64,000 nucleotides of DNA, taken from Styela clava. Lineage: Eukaryota. The stretch spans positions 13,206,001 to 13,270,000 of the forward strand of contig NC_135257.1 in NCBI RefSeq assembly GCF_964204865.1. Reading direction: 5' to 3'. The notes beneath the pieces were generated by a model that was not told the origin of the DNA, searched no databases, and saw nothing but the letters and a program-made list of their open reading frames with translations. This document shows positions 10,901-22,887 of this stretch, piece by piece (the stretch's first letter is position 1; each line of letters begins with the position of its first letter). A program made the position numbers and the translations under genes.

Positions 10901-13900
10901 ATGGAAAAGGCTAAATCATTAAGGCAGTCTTATCAAAGACCTTTTAAACTCAGCCATCAAGTTTTGTGTATAACATCAATCAATTTTTCAAGAAAAGCTT
11001 TAATGGGATATGTTGAACTCTTAATTCAACCAAGGAGATCAGATTTAAAAACTATCAAAGTCAACAGCAAACAATCAAGAATTTACAAAGTTAGTGTGAA
11101 TGATTATGAAGCTCCATTTCAATATCATGACCCTTCTCTAGACTTGACGCAGCGTGATCCAATAGCAAGAAACCTTGAGTTTTTAAAATCTTGCCACTGT
11201 AATGCAGTTAATGTTGTTGACCCAGATACTGGTTACCATGGAGAAGTTACTATCAAACTCCCAGCAGAAGTACAAAAACTTGTAAAAGATCAAAAAGCGT
11301 TGCGTATAAGTATGGATTTCACTTTGGAAAATCCTAATGGAGGAGTTCAGTTTGTTGTGCCGGATGTGGAAGGTACAACGAGTGAAAAAGCAATGCATTT
11401 GTTCACCTATGGTCATGAAAACTCGGCCAGGCTTTGGTTTCCTTGTGTTGACACATATTCGGAGCCTTGCACCTGGAAATTGGAATTTACTGTTGATGCC
11501 ACTATGACTGCAGTTTCTGTTGGAGAATTGGTTGAGACTGTTTTCACACCAGATATGAAGAGGAAAACATTTCATTATATCCTCACTGTTCCCACAGCTG
11601 CTCCAAACATTGGTTTAGCTGTCGGTCCATTTGAAGTTCTGGTTGACAAACACATGCACGAGGTCACACATTTTTGCCTGCCTCAACTTCTACCATTGTT
11701 GGAACATACAACTCAAGCATGCTATGAGGTTTTTGAGTTTTATGAAGAGATACTAAGTTTTCGTTTCCCGTATTCTTGCTACAAACAAGTTTTCGTTGAC
11801 GAAGCATATCGTGATATAGAATCATATGCATCATTAGGAATATTCAACACAAATTTATTGCACAGTAAAATAATTCTTGACCAAAACCCTGAAACGAGAA
11901 AGCAAATGGCAAAAATGATATCCAATCAGTTTTTTGGTTGTTTTATGGCCAGAGAATCTTGGAATGATCTCTGGTTGCCAACAGGCTTGTCTGCATATTT
12001 GCAAGGCCTATGGGTTAAAAATATATTTGGAAATAATGAATACAAGCACTTGATTGCAAGTGAAACAAAAAAGCTTTGTCATTATGAAATGAATGTTCAG
12101 CCAGTTACACTCTGTTACAATGCTTCTCATGATTCTGCGGATTCAAACACTTCTTTGAGGAATCCTCATACTATGTCACCCAAGTATTATGAAATGCTTC
12201 AATGCAAGTCACATCTCGTTATGCGAATGATTGAAAATTCTATAGGCCCACAACTCCTTTTGCAAGCATTAAACAAATTGCTATCTTTGGCAAATACATC
12301 GGCACAGCAGAAAGTTCCGAATTCGACATGGGTTGCAATGCTCCTATCAACTGAAAGCTTTCTGAAGTCAATTAACACTGTTTCAGGAAAGAAGATTGAC
12401 CATTTAATGAATCAATGGGTATATCAGAGTGGTGTCGTTTGTTTTAAAGGGAGATTTACATTTAATAGAAAGCGCAATGCTGTTGAGTTGGATGTTAAAC
12501 AACACACTGGTGGGAAAGGTATAAGAAAATATGTTGGACCTTTAACAGTTCGGATCCAAGAACTTGATGGCTCTTTTCAACACACCATTCAAGTTGAAGA
12601 AAACACTACAAAGCATGACATACAATGTCATTCAAAAAGTCGTAGGAATAAAAGAAAAAAAATACCTTTGTTGAATGGAGAAGAGGCTGATATTGATTTG
12701 AGTGCAATGGATCCAGATTCTCCTGTTTTATGGTTGCGTATTGATCCAGATTTATCAGTGATTCGAAATGTAAGCTTTGAACAACCGGATTACATGTGGC
12801 AGTATCAAGTCAGATTTGAACGTGATATTATTGGACAAGCAGAAGCTTTATCTGTTCTGTCACATTTTCCTTCTCCACCAACTCGGAAAGCTCTAACTGA
12901 CATACTGGAAAATGAAAAATATTTTTATAGGGTTCGAATGGAGGCTGCATTTTGTATGGCTAAAGTTGCTAATGCCATGATCAGTTCCTGGGCAGGACCA
13001 CCTGCGATGCTAACATTATTTACAAGATTCTTCTTCTGTGAATCCACACCTCCGATTGTTAGAATGAATAATTTCACAAATTTGCAGCAATACTTTATGC
13101 AAAAGACTCTGCCAGTTGCCATGGCCAATTTAAGAGACACTAATAATGTTTGTCCCAAAGAAGTTTTACATTTTCTAATTGATCTGATCAAATTTAATGA
13201 TAATTCTAAAAGCAAGGTTTCTGATAACTACTATCGTGCAGCATTAGTTGAATCACTTTGCCATTTAGTAACACCTACCATGTCAAATCCTGGTCAAAAA
13301 GTAACAGTTGAAAACTTACCATTAGATGTGAGAATGATTTTGGAGGAAATATCAAGATTTCTCAATTTAGAAAAATTGTTATCTTCTTATCGTTATACTG
13401 TTACAGTGTCGTGCCTAAAAGCAATACAAGCTTTACAAAGAAATGGTCACTTACCACCTGATTATGTTTTACTGAGAAGCTATGCTGCACATGGATTCTT
13501 CGTGGACATCAGAATAGCTGCAATTGAGGCTCTCGTTGACATGATTAAAGCCACAAGTGATGTTGATCAGTTTGAATGGTTGCTAGACTTGTGTGAGAAA
13601 GATCCAGTACCAGAGATCAAGTGGAGAATTCTTAAAGCATTTGTCAGTAATCCTCCATTTACAAAATCTGACAGTCAAACTTCTTCTCTTAACACAGAAC
13701 ACTTTGTGGATAAACTATGGAATTTCATCAGTAAGACAACATATTATGATTCAAGAATAAGGTGTGAAGCGATCAATTTGTACAATATTTTGTTTGGAAC
13801 ACATAGGCCGAAGTGTTTACCTCCAAAAGATAGAAGGCCGTCTACTACTATATCGACCAGTGTCGGTGATAGGGCGTCTTCAACCCAAGGACCACAAAGC

Positions 13901-14326
13901 AAGCTCAAGCGCACTGCTTCAACATCTTTCACTGGTAATTCTCATGATAAAATCAAGATGAAAATTAAGTTTGGAAATACTTCAGTTGATGAAGGGGATG
14001 AGTTTGACAATGCTGATGTAATGGCTGCTGAAAGTTTGCTTTCACTCAGTCACAGTGATCTACCAACCCGGCCACCAACACCTGGTACAGATCAGCCAGG
14101 CTCGTCATGGCAAACTAGTCCTTTTGTCGGTTCTGAAACGAGTCGTGCCATTCACGACTCTCATAAAAGACCTTCTCAAGATTCTGCTGTCAAAGACAAG
14201 AAAAAAAAGAAAAAGCACAAACATAAACATAGACACAAATATAAAGATGGCGATTTGTCTTCGCCATCTAGTTCACATGTTGGTTCTCCTATGAATCTAG
14301 GAATATCAGACTCTCCAAAACTTTAG
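10901..14326 (+). CDS. TAF2: TFIID subunit 2, single-exon CDS
   Basis: 1141-aa ORF with M1-aminopeptidase-like fold motifs (RPFKLSHQVLCI, SARLWFPCVD, CHSKSRRNKRKKIPL, PVLWLRIDPD) and the characteristic KKKKKKHKHKHRHK C-terminal tract. Confidence 0.96.
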   Translation: MEKAKSLRQSYQRPFKLSHQVLCITSINFSRKALMGYVELLIQPRRSDLKTIKVNSKQSRIYKVSVNDYEAPFQYHDPSLDLTQRDPIARNLEFLKSCHCNAVNVVDPDTGYHGEVTIKLPAEVQKLVKDQKALRISMDFTLENPNGGVQFVVPDVEGTTSEKAMHLFTYGHENSARLWFPCVDTYSEPCTWKLEFTVDATMTAVSVGELVETVFTPDMKRKTFHYILTVPTAAPNIGLAVGPFEVLVDKHMHEVTHFCLPQLLPLLEHTTQACYEVFEFYEEILSFRFPYSCYKQVFVDEAYRDIESYASLGIFNTNLLHSKIILDQNPETRKQMAKMISNQFFGCFMARESWNDLWLPTGLSAYLQGLWVKNIFGNNEYKHLIASETKKLCHYEMNVQPVTLCYNASHDSADSNTSLRNPHTMSPKYYEMLQCKSHLVMRMIENSIGPQLLLQALNKLLSLANTSAQQKVPNSTWVAMLLSTESFLKSINTVSGKKIDHLMNQWVYQSGVVCFKGRFTFNRKRNAVELDVKQHTGGKGIRKYVGPLTVRIQELDGSFQHTIQVEENTTKHDIQCHSKSRRNKRKKIPLLNGEEADIDLSAMDPDSPVLWLRIDPDLSVIRNVSFEQPDYMWQYQVRFERDIIGQAEALSVLSHFPSPPTRKALTDILENEKYFYRVRMEAAFCMAKVANAMISSWAGPPAMLTLFTRFFFCESTPPIVRMNNFTNLQQYFMQKTLPVAMANLRDTNNVCPKEVLHFLIDLIKFNDNSKSKVSDNYYRAALVESLCHLVTPTMSNPGQKVTVENLPLDVRMILEEISRFLNLEKLLSSYRYTVTVSCLKAIQALQRNGHLPPDYVLLRSYAAHGFFVDIRIAAIEALVDMIKATSDVDQFEWLLDLCEKDPVPEIKWRILKAFVSNPPFTKSDSQTSSLNTEHFVDKLWNFISKTTYYDSRIRCEAINLYNILFGTHRPKCLPPKDRRPSTTISTSVGDRASSTQGPQSKLKRTASTSFTGNSHDKIKMKIKFGNTSVDEGDEFDNADVMAAESLLSLSHSDLPTRPPTPGTDQPGSSWQTSPFVGSETSRAIHDSHKRPSQDSAVKDKKKKKKHKHKHRHKYKDGDLSSPSSSHVGSPMNLGISDSPKL

Positions 14327-15030
14327 TCTTCTAGCAGAATCTCGAGTTAGCGAAAATTATTAACAAACATGAATCTAGACAAGTTTTTCTATGTGGTCAA
14401 TATGGAATAAAATATTATGTTCCTTCACCAATGTTTCTTTTATTTCTATATATGGTTGTAATGTTGTTTGCTACTTTTTTTTCAATTTGTATGCTTTTTT
14501 CATTTGGATTGCATTTTTCTCCCAAGCATTACTAGGCTTCAAATAGCCTATGTTGTACTTTGTTAAATTGATCGAAACAAAGTAATTGATTTACTAAAAA
14601 CAAATTTGATTGACATGTATGATATACAACGTTTTGGAAAGTATGTTGATTTGAAACTTTCAATGTTCTCTCAATCATTGCTTTGTATCCTCATCAAATT
14701 TAACGGTCTATGTCCTCTGTCTCCATCGTTGAACCAACTAGGCTATTCAATAGTATAAACAGTCCCATTTGTTTAGGTTATAGAACAGTATCTCCCATCC
14801 ATCGTTAGGGCCTACATATATCTGCTTTGAACTTCCAATGTAGACACTTACCTAATATTAATTTCAAAACCACCTTTTTGTTTTAAATGGCATAATGAAT
14901 TTTCTTTTGAGCTTATATTTGTTCTTAAATTATGAAAGGTTATATGCTGGGGCTCAATATACATTCCAATCATTACATATGTCCATTATTTTTCAATAAA
15001 TCTTAGCTAATAACAACCTAACTGAAAGAG

Positions 15031-16785
15031 ATGCAAACAAGTTTCAACAAAAAGCCAAGGGGAAAATCAAATGCATTGCAAATAAATGGTACTCAGTCAT
15101 CACTTCATAATGGTCAGCTCTTGTGCTCGACTGGAATTCCATCCCTTGATGGGGTAATAGGAGGTGGCATCCCTGTTGGAACTGTTTTCTTGCTTGAAGA
15201 AGATCACAATCATCAGTACTCTGATGTGCTCACAAGGTTTGTAGTTTTTCTTATGTTGTATTATGTTTGAAAATGAGTTTCACCTAAGAAATAAGCTTTG
15301 GCGTAATGAAGTATTTTAAGATTATGAATTTAAATCAGTTGAAATATCTGATAACAAAATCTGAAACAAATTGATGTTTGTGTAACAGATACCCGGAATG
15401 TTGGTACAAATATTAATAGGATGTGCTACTCCTATTTTTGAAAAATTTAAATGTGCCTAATCTCATGCCAGGTAAAGATATTTTGAATTATGAAAATTTT
15501 TCTGCTGTATATAGGTTGACAACTGCAATATTATAGTAATAATAATGGGAATGCCATGTGTTCAGGTACTTTCTTGCCGAAGCCGTTGTAAGCAGTCATG
15601 AAGTATTTATTGTCGGAAACGATGATGAATCTTCCTTTACAAGTTACTTACCCAAACCTGTGATGCCTGATGAAGATTCACATACAACAGAGGCAAATGC
15701 AGGAGATATGAAAATTGCATGGAGGTATCAGAATTCTCCACAGGTGCAAACATCAATAGGAAAATACACGAAATATGGACACTATTATGACATAAGCAAA
15801 CATATGGATGAGGAAATGCTAAACAACACAAAAATTAAATATGTTGACCTTAGGCATTTGTATCACAAAGAGTCTGAAAAGCCTCCAGATCTTTTCAAGG
15901 ACAGTTTGAAAGAACTACATAAGTATATTGTTGAAAACAACTTCGATGCTGTGACTGCATTACAAGCGAAAAAACCTTTAAACATCTTGAGAGTGGTGAT
16001 ACATAGTTTTCTCTCACCATCTTGGGGATGTATAGGAGAGAATGACAGTGATGATCAAAATTTTATTCGATTTTTAGTTTGTCTGCGTGGTATATTGAGA
16101 AAGTCACTTGCTGTTTGTTGGGTAACAGTTCCAACTCATATCCTTTCTTCAATCAATGTTAAGTTGTTGCGACACTATACTGATATGGTTGTCAAGTTGG
16201 AAGCATTTGGAAAAGGGAAAACCAATCCACTGTATAAGGATTATCATGGTAATGTTTGAAATAAATTTTAAAATTTTTCTTTGTGATAGTTTCCCATTTA
16301 GCTGTTTGATTACATAATTTTGCATGAGGAATGCCTTGAAAAAAGTTTTAATGACATATGTTACAATTTTCAAGCTTTTTATATTTCAAGCATTTAAGTG
16401 AAAAAATATCTTGATGAATGATATCCTAAGAAATCTTTTATGACCTATGCTAAAATTCTGAAAGATTTTTCTAGTTCTCAAGTATTTAATTGAAATAGTT
16501 TATTGAAATATTCCATGCTTGCTAAAATGAAAAAACTGATCCCATTTAAATTTTTTTTCAGGTTTGTTGAAGATTAAAAAACTACCAGTACTAAATTGTA
16601 TTCTGCCATACATGCCAGACACATATGATCTTGCGTTTAAGCTTCGAAGAAAAAGATTTGCTGTTGAGAGGCTTCATTTACCCCCAGATATAACAGAATC
16701 AGCGAGTAGACAAGGTGTTGAGGAAGAAACTGGGTTGTCAGTCATGAATGTTAGTCACTCTAATAAAAAATCTGTGGATTTCTGA
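15031..16785 (+). CDS. ELP4: Elongator complex protein 4, 3 coding exons (~15031-15236, 15566-16248, 16562-16785)
   Basis: Motifs STGIPSLDGVIGGGIPVG, DMKIAWRYQ, GHYYDISK, DLAFKLRRKRFAVERLHLPP; GT-AG junctions join the three ORF-track pieces in frame. Confidence 0.93.
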
Positions 16786-17126
16786 TTACCTCACAAATTG
16801 TCTCTTTCATTAAGGCTGTTTTAAACAAAGCAGGTTTTCAATAAATACCGGACAAATTTATTCTATAATATAATTTAAGACTACAGCCGGAGAGAAAAAA
16901 TTATATCCCATTGGTGCAATTACAATAAGGAATGGGCGTGACAAGCTCTTAATACTTCGAGATCAATATTTTTAAAGTAAGGAACAGTGATTTACATTTT
17001 ACTGAATTCGTACTAATCACAAAGTAGGAATAATCAGCCCAAGTAGTGTTGCGGATGATAACATCTGTTATTGTAGTTTTGCTTAGTAGTTTAAGCAGCA
17101 ATCTTTTCTAAAGTGTTTGGCAATGT

Positions 17127-18819
17127 TTACATATTTGGATAGTTTTCTTGTTCATATGGCTTGGCTTCATCAAGGTATTCGGCTATTGGTTTGCTGAATG
17201 CTGTGTTCTTCTTGAAAGGTGTATCTCTGGTTTTGACTTGTGAGACTCCCTGAAATGGAATAAGAATTAGCCTTTTGGTCTCTTTATTGAAATAATTTTT
17301 ACATCCAAAGAATTCAACTTACCGTAATTTTGTTTGTATGCTCTGACCAGAATGTAACACACTGTTCAGTGTTCACATTGTGTTCCTGAATGTGAATAAA
17401 GAACTAGTTATATTTATGTAAAAGGAAAGAGATGGAAGTTCTATATTTGGCATAGCAATAGTTTGCAGGTATATACCCATAGGTGGGATTTGAGCTGATC
17501 GTGCGAGCCCATTCAAGGAATGTCATGATAATCAGCGAATTATATTTTGTTTTTCTACACAAGATTTTCTGAAATAAGGGAACCTGTTATTTCTAATATT
17601 GATACTAAAGAAAATTTATTATTGAAATTTTGAATCCAATCACTATATATTATTAATACATAAATAATCGGGGATAATAATCTTTTCAACCATGTCATGG
17701 TAAAATAGTGTGTGCAATGCCACACTAAGTAAAGTTTGGTCTTGGAAATGGGTTGCACAGATGAATTATCTTACCTTCGTGGGTGGAGGCAATGTTGATT
17801 CAAAATCACTTTTGTCAAAGTCTTGTTGCTTAATTGTAATGTATTCTGTTTTTGGAGGTGGTGGGTTGAAGTCTTCATGTGTTTGTTGCCTAGAAGATGA
17901 TGGGAAATAAGGTAAACATGCAGTCATTGGGAATGGTGGAGACTCAAAATAAACTTGAACACCATATTATATTTCACAGCGGGTTAGTATTAGGAAACAT
18001 TACACAATCACTCTTTGATGAATATGTGCACACTCACCCAATTTCATCATACAACATTTGTTCAATCAATTTAGCTTTTTTTCCTTTCAACAATACTTGA
18101 GGAAATTTTGGTTCCTGATATGACTCTCTTACTGTAGTGAGTTTTTCAGCTCTTGCATCGGTTTCTAATGTAAGAAGACCTTTGTGGCCATGTCTGTGTA
18201 ACTGGGCACTGCTTGTGTATTCAGAGTTGACATCGGTGGGCTCAAGTTTTGCCGTTGCACGCTGTGAAATATGATGAAGAATGTCCAAATTTGTTTTGAT
18301 TGACAAATACTATTAGGTGTTTTATACTAACATAACTAAATGTCGAACATAATTGTTCGAATAGCCAGCGAAAGTGTGGATGGGGTTTGTGACAACATCT
18401 TCTTCAGTATTGGTGGCTCAAGTTTCTCAACTGCGCAAGTTATTTTCCTCTCTTAACTATATGTTTACGAAATGTCTTCCAGTGCATTAGAATTGTAACA
18501 AATTCGGCTTCTAAATAAAACACCAGCTATGAAATAGCTGGATAATTATGAAGGCGTCACGATAAGAAACATTAAATAGAAATGCAGATAACGCATTCGT
18601 CGTGGTGCCAATATAAGGTGGTACCAATTAGAAAGCCAGTGAGCAAAACTAGAGGTAGGTACCGTTTTTCTAGTTGCTGAGTTAAAGTAATGTATCATAG
18701 TATTATTTATCTCTACTGCAAAACCGTTGCCATACCTCCTCCACCCAGTTCTCCAGTAGGCATCTGCCTCCAGAATTGTTAAATCTTATTTCATTACGAC
18801 CTTCAAATCGCGAACTCAT
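17127..18819 (-). CDS. SPAG8: Sperm-associated antigen 8-like ciliary microtubule inner protein, 5 coding exons (~18736-18819, 18038-18261, 17775-17889, 17323-17385, 17127-17249)
   Basis: Hand-spliced product MSSRF...GRCLLENWVEE|RAT...RHGHKGLLT...|...VTFWSEH...|GVSQVKTRDTPFKKNTAFSKPIAEYLDEAKPYEQENYPNM*. The CLLxNWxEER motif, HGHxGLLT and the DTPFxKNxxFS C-terminus are SPAG8 hallmarks; all junctions GT-AG and in frame. Confidence 0.85.
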
Positions 18820-18898
18820 CTTCACCAATTTGCCTGCATTAAAGAAAACGATTGAAAAGCTACGCAGATGCAAGAGAGTCGAAGAAAACAGCATCAGT

Positions 18899-18913
18899 GT
18901 CACCACAGTGATG
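18899..18913 (-). promoter_or_regulatory. Degenerate RFX X-box candidate upstream of SPAG8
   Basis: GTCACCACAGTGATG, ~80 nt upstream of the ATG. Confidence 0.4.
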
Positions 18914-19713
18914 ACCTTTGACTCTTACATTTGTGGGTTTGTCATTTTGGTAGGAGTCGATAAATACGGTGATAATAAATTTAGTACATTTCTGGACATG
19001 TTAAATTTAAAACAAATTATGGAATTTACAAAATATTTAACCTTAGTCACGTAAAGACTGTGATTAGATGGCTTTGCGGATTATTTTTTAGGTTATGCGG
19101 AAACCAGAACTCGGGCTATTTTATACTAGTTAGTTACGTGAGTGACAATGGTAATGGATGTTGTGCCTACAGGTCAGCTCAGTAAAATACCAATTGGGGA
19201 CCATCTGGGATTGTTGACTGTGCTTGCCTCTCATGAAATTCGTGACAAAAGTTGAAAAAACACGGGCGCAGTTCGTCAACAAAAATGCGATTAATGAACG
19301 GAAAAATACGTGATCCATTCTGCGATGGCGAAAAGTTCAGCGATTCTTCGCATACGGGATTCCTATCCGATTACAAAGTGTGAAGAGTGCTAACTGTCAC
19401 TTGGCAAACTTCGCAATAACCCCGGAGCTAATAAGCTATCCATAAAAACGCCAAGAGTGTCCGCTCTCTCGCGCCAACGGCTAACATACCTCACTCGCAC
19501 GAATTTCCGAAAAATATCTGGAGTTAAAGGAGGAAAACGTCGAGCTGTGATTGCGAAATGCTGAGAAGAGAACAAGTAAATTTGAAAAATATCGATGATA
19601 TTGGGCGGTAAAAATTATTGTGATACTATGAATAATGTTTTTTTGACTTGTTTAAGCACTTAAATATAAATAATAAATGTATGTTATACGGTATACTTGC
19701 AACACCATTTTTA

Positions 19714-20471
19714 GGGAACGGTCTAAAAGTAGACACTCGAAAGTTAGGCTTAGGCACTTGGAAAAAATGGGCGTAATAACTTTTAAAAACATAATGAATT
19801 AGTTAAAATTATTCGAAATGAATATTGATCATGCAAATTGCAACAAGTAAACCAATCGGTAATATTTAAAACGTAGTATTATAAAGAGGCGCACGCGCTC
19901 GATCACCACATATGCTAGGCACTTCAAAAAGTATTGAAAAGAGGAATTATCATCAATAAAATAGATGGAAAATAAAAATATTATACACAATGATTAGCCT
20001 GGGTAAATATCTAATGAATGTACCTGAGTCTAGTAGTGGTATTCGAGAATAATAAATTGTTACCAGTAGGAACTTTTCAGGCACTTTGGAAAAAAAGGTA
20101 AAATGGGCGTTATAGCTTTCAAAAAGATGATGAATTAGTAGTTTAAAATATTCTAATTAACTATTGCCATACAAATTGCAACAAGTAAATCCATTGTTAT
20201 TACTAAAACGTAGTATTATAAGAAGGCGCACGCGCTCGATCACAACATATGCATGCTAGGCACTTATTTAGACACTTCGAAAAATTCTTATAAAACTATG
20301 TTTTAAATATTTATCATTGGGTTTGCTTGTTGCAATTTGCATATTGTATACTTAATTTAAATATTTTTAACTAATTCATTATCTTTTTTGAAAGTTATTA
20401 CTCCCATTTACCTTTTTTCGAAATCCCCCAAAAAGTTCGTAATTCTCAAGTGTCTACTTTAAGTTTGTCCC
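19714..20471. mobile_element. MITE with long imperfect inverted arms and 8-9 bp TSD (Mutator- or Merlin-like)
   Basis: Ends GGGAACGGTCTAAAAGTAGACACT ... AGTGTCTACTTTAAGTTTGTCCC flanked by (c)CATTTTTA on both sides; internal direct duplication (~19750-19930 vs ~20080-20280). Confidence 0.65.
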
Positions 20472-20580
20472 CATTTTTAGGATTATTTCCAAGATTGGTG
20501 CGGTGTTAGGTCACTAAACACCGTCAGATACTTCTACAGTTCTAGTTGGCATGCCAAAATCATTTTCACATTTGTCATTT

Positions 20581-21000
20581 CGGGTTTAGTGAAGTAATCG
20601 CCGTAACTGCTTAAATATCGCCTAACAAAATATAATGTATAGCTGTATAATGAATGCCATAACTGCTCAAATAACACCCAACAAATATGTGATGTGAAAT
20701 TTTATTATAAAAAGATCGAGATTACACACGTATTGTCTTAAAACGTCGCTGTCGAAAAGGTGGATGACTTATCTATCCTTTCGTGAGTGGAGTTGTCCGC
20801 TGCCGTTTGTCCTATGTGTTTTGCTTATTGTGTTCACGCGAGACAAACTTTTATTTTTAGAAAAAAAATGAAAATTTGGGTTGTATTTTCATGTCACAAT
20901 TTTGTTTGGTGTTATTTAAGCACTTGCAGGATTCATTTTCACACCACATTTGTGTTTGTGGGTATTTAAGCAGTTACGGCGTTTGCTTCACGAGACCCCG
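20581..21000. mobile_element. MITE with inverted terminal arms
   Basis: CGGGTTTAGTGAAGTAATCGCCGTAACTGCTTAAATA ... TATTTAAGCAGTTACGGCGTTTGCTTCACGAGACCCCG. Confidence 0.65.
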
Positions 21001-21014
21001 TTTCTAACCTACGC

Positions 21015-22185
21015 CACAGTGACGAAATAAGGCACGTCAAAGTATACGAATTGTTGTCCAAAACGTGCAGATGATCACTCAAAATCAAACAAGCTATTTC
21101 TCTCATGGAACGATCGCCGGCGTTACTGCATTCGCGAGGGCGTTATTGTCGCCGTTGGCAAGCTCTATGACGTGATTGTGACATCGTAGTAACGTAATTT
21201 TTGGATGACATAGCCAGGTGGGGGTTAGGAAGAACATATGCAAAAAGGTTTGTGAAGCGCCAACAAGAACAGTACGGCACACTTTACAGATCGGGGGACA
21301 TTGTCTCGTTTCAGAGAAACCCATTTTGCCAGTGATCTGACACCCCTCCTTTGGGAGATGTCTGGACATTGTTGTCCCTCAATATCTGTAAAAATACAGT
21401 ATAATGAAGTTGCGCAAAATACTACAAAAAAGCGCAATCTAGTAACGTCATCATTGAATTCCTCAGGAAAAAATAATCCGATTTACCAAAGAAAAAAAAA
21501 TTTTACCGTGGCTTTCGAGAGTTTTTAGCAAAATATGGCAATTTTGGTCACGTGACGGCTGCGATAAATTCAGATCATTATTGAGACAAGCATGGCGCGT
21601 TATGACGCATCTGACGTGGTGCCAGACGCCCCTCGTTTGTGAGACACATTGAGTGTTTGTTTTATTGAACCAAATGGAGGAAAAATCTTGGAATTTGGAT
21701 GGTGTGCCATACTGAAGAAGGTCTTACGACGTTTAGTGAACGTGCGCTCCAATATTGACTTACAAAATGCTGGAAATGAAATGCAGTCAAGTCTATTAAC
21801 CCGAATTTTTTTTTAAAAATTATTCGGAAATTACATCACAGTGGCGAAATAAGACCCCTCAAACTATACGAACTGTCATCCAAGACGCACAGACAATCAC
21901 CCAAAATCGAGCAAGCTATTTCTCTTGTTTTCTTGTTGCAACAATCCTGATATGAGAGAGATCGCTGCCGTCAGTGAATTCTTTATTGTCGGCACAGATG
22001 CCATTTTAGGCTATCGTAAGTATACTTTGGCAAGCTCTATGGTGAGATTGTGACATCGTAATGACGTAATTTTTGGATTGCCGTAGTTATGAGGGGATTA
22101 GGCATGACATGTGCGAAAATGTTTATGCTACGGCCACTAGAAGCACTTAAGGTAGGAAACTACACGAGACCCAAATTGGGGAAAT
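21015..22185. repeat. Two tandem copies of a CAC-terminated dispersed repeat (Transib/Chapaev-like ends); related copy in EIF3E intron 1 (~45180-45385)
   Basis: CACAGTGACGAAATAAGG..AAAGTATACGAA at 21015 and CACAGTGGCGAAATAAGA..AAACTATACGAA at 21837; shared internal blocks (caagctatttctct, gacatcgta..cgtaatttttggat, gacccaaattg). Confidence 0.55.
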
Positions 22186-22887
22186 ATTTCAATGATTTCA
22201 GGACTTGATAATAAATGCTGATCTGAATAAGCTTTTGTTAATTTCTATATCTATGGGTAATATTGTGATTTACGATAGTGTCAGTTTCTATTCAGAATGA
22301 TTCTTAATTCTCTTGGGCTTGTTGTCATTAGGCCTTTAATTCTAATCATAATAATCAGTTAAATCTATTATTAAAATTTTCATCCAAATGTAGCCTATCT
22401 ATAAATGTGAAACCTGAAATGAAATAAGGAAACCTGAGCTTTCCTTATTGTGAAATCTAATCTTTCTTTCACTCCAAACACTAGTATTTGTACTTATTTT
22501 GTAGTTTCGTGCTAAAAGTTATAATTTCCAAACATACTTCATTATGTTTTCCAAACATTAAATAATAACTCAGTTTGAATGATATATATAAGAATTTGAT
22601 TAAAAAAAATGACTCCTTTTTCAAAATGTATTTCTTTTTCCACTGCAGTATTATAAAGTGCAAATTCTGATTAATATTCAAATATTACCGGTAAGTAATT
22701 TGACTGACTTTTTTCATAGCCCTGGTTTTGCATACTGCTATCTCTAATTGCTTGTTTTCAATTCTATGCTAGTTTATTATTCTCATTTGTTTACGAAAAG
22801 TTATTAGTCTGTACATATCAAACCCCAACACTACATTTTTGAAGTTAATAATTAATTTTCCAACTGATTTAGAAATTAGTTACAACA

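Noticed and set aside
21015-21870. CACAGTG heptamers as RAG recombination signals or ProtoRAG ends
   Set aside because: No ACAAAAACC-like nonamer at 12/23 spacing and no RAG-like ORF; better explained as generic CAC-terminated transposon ends.
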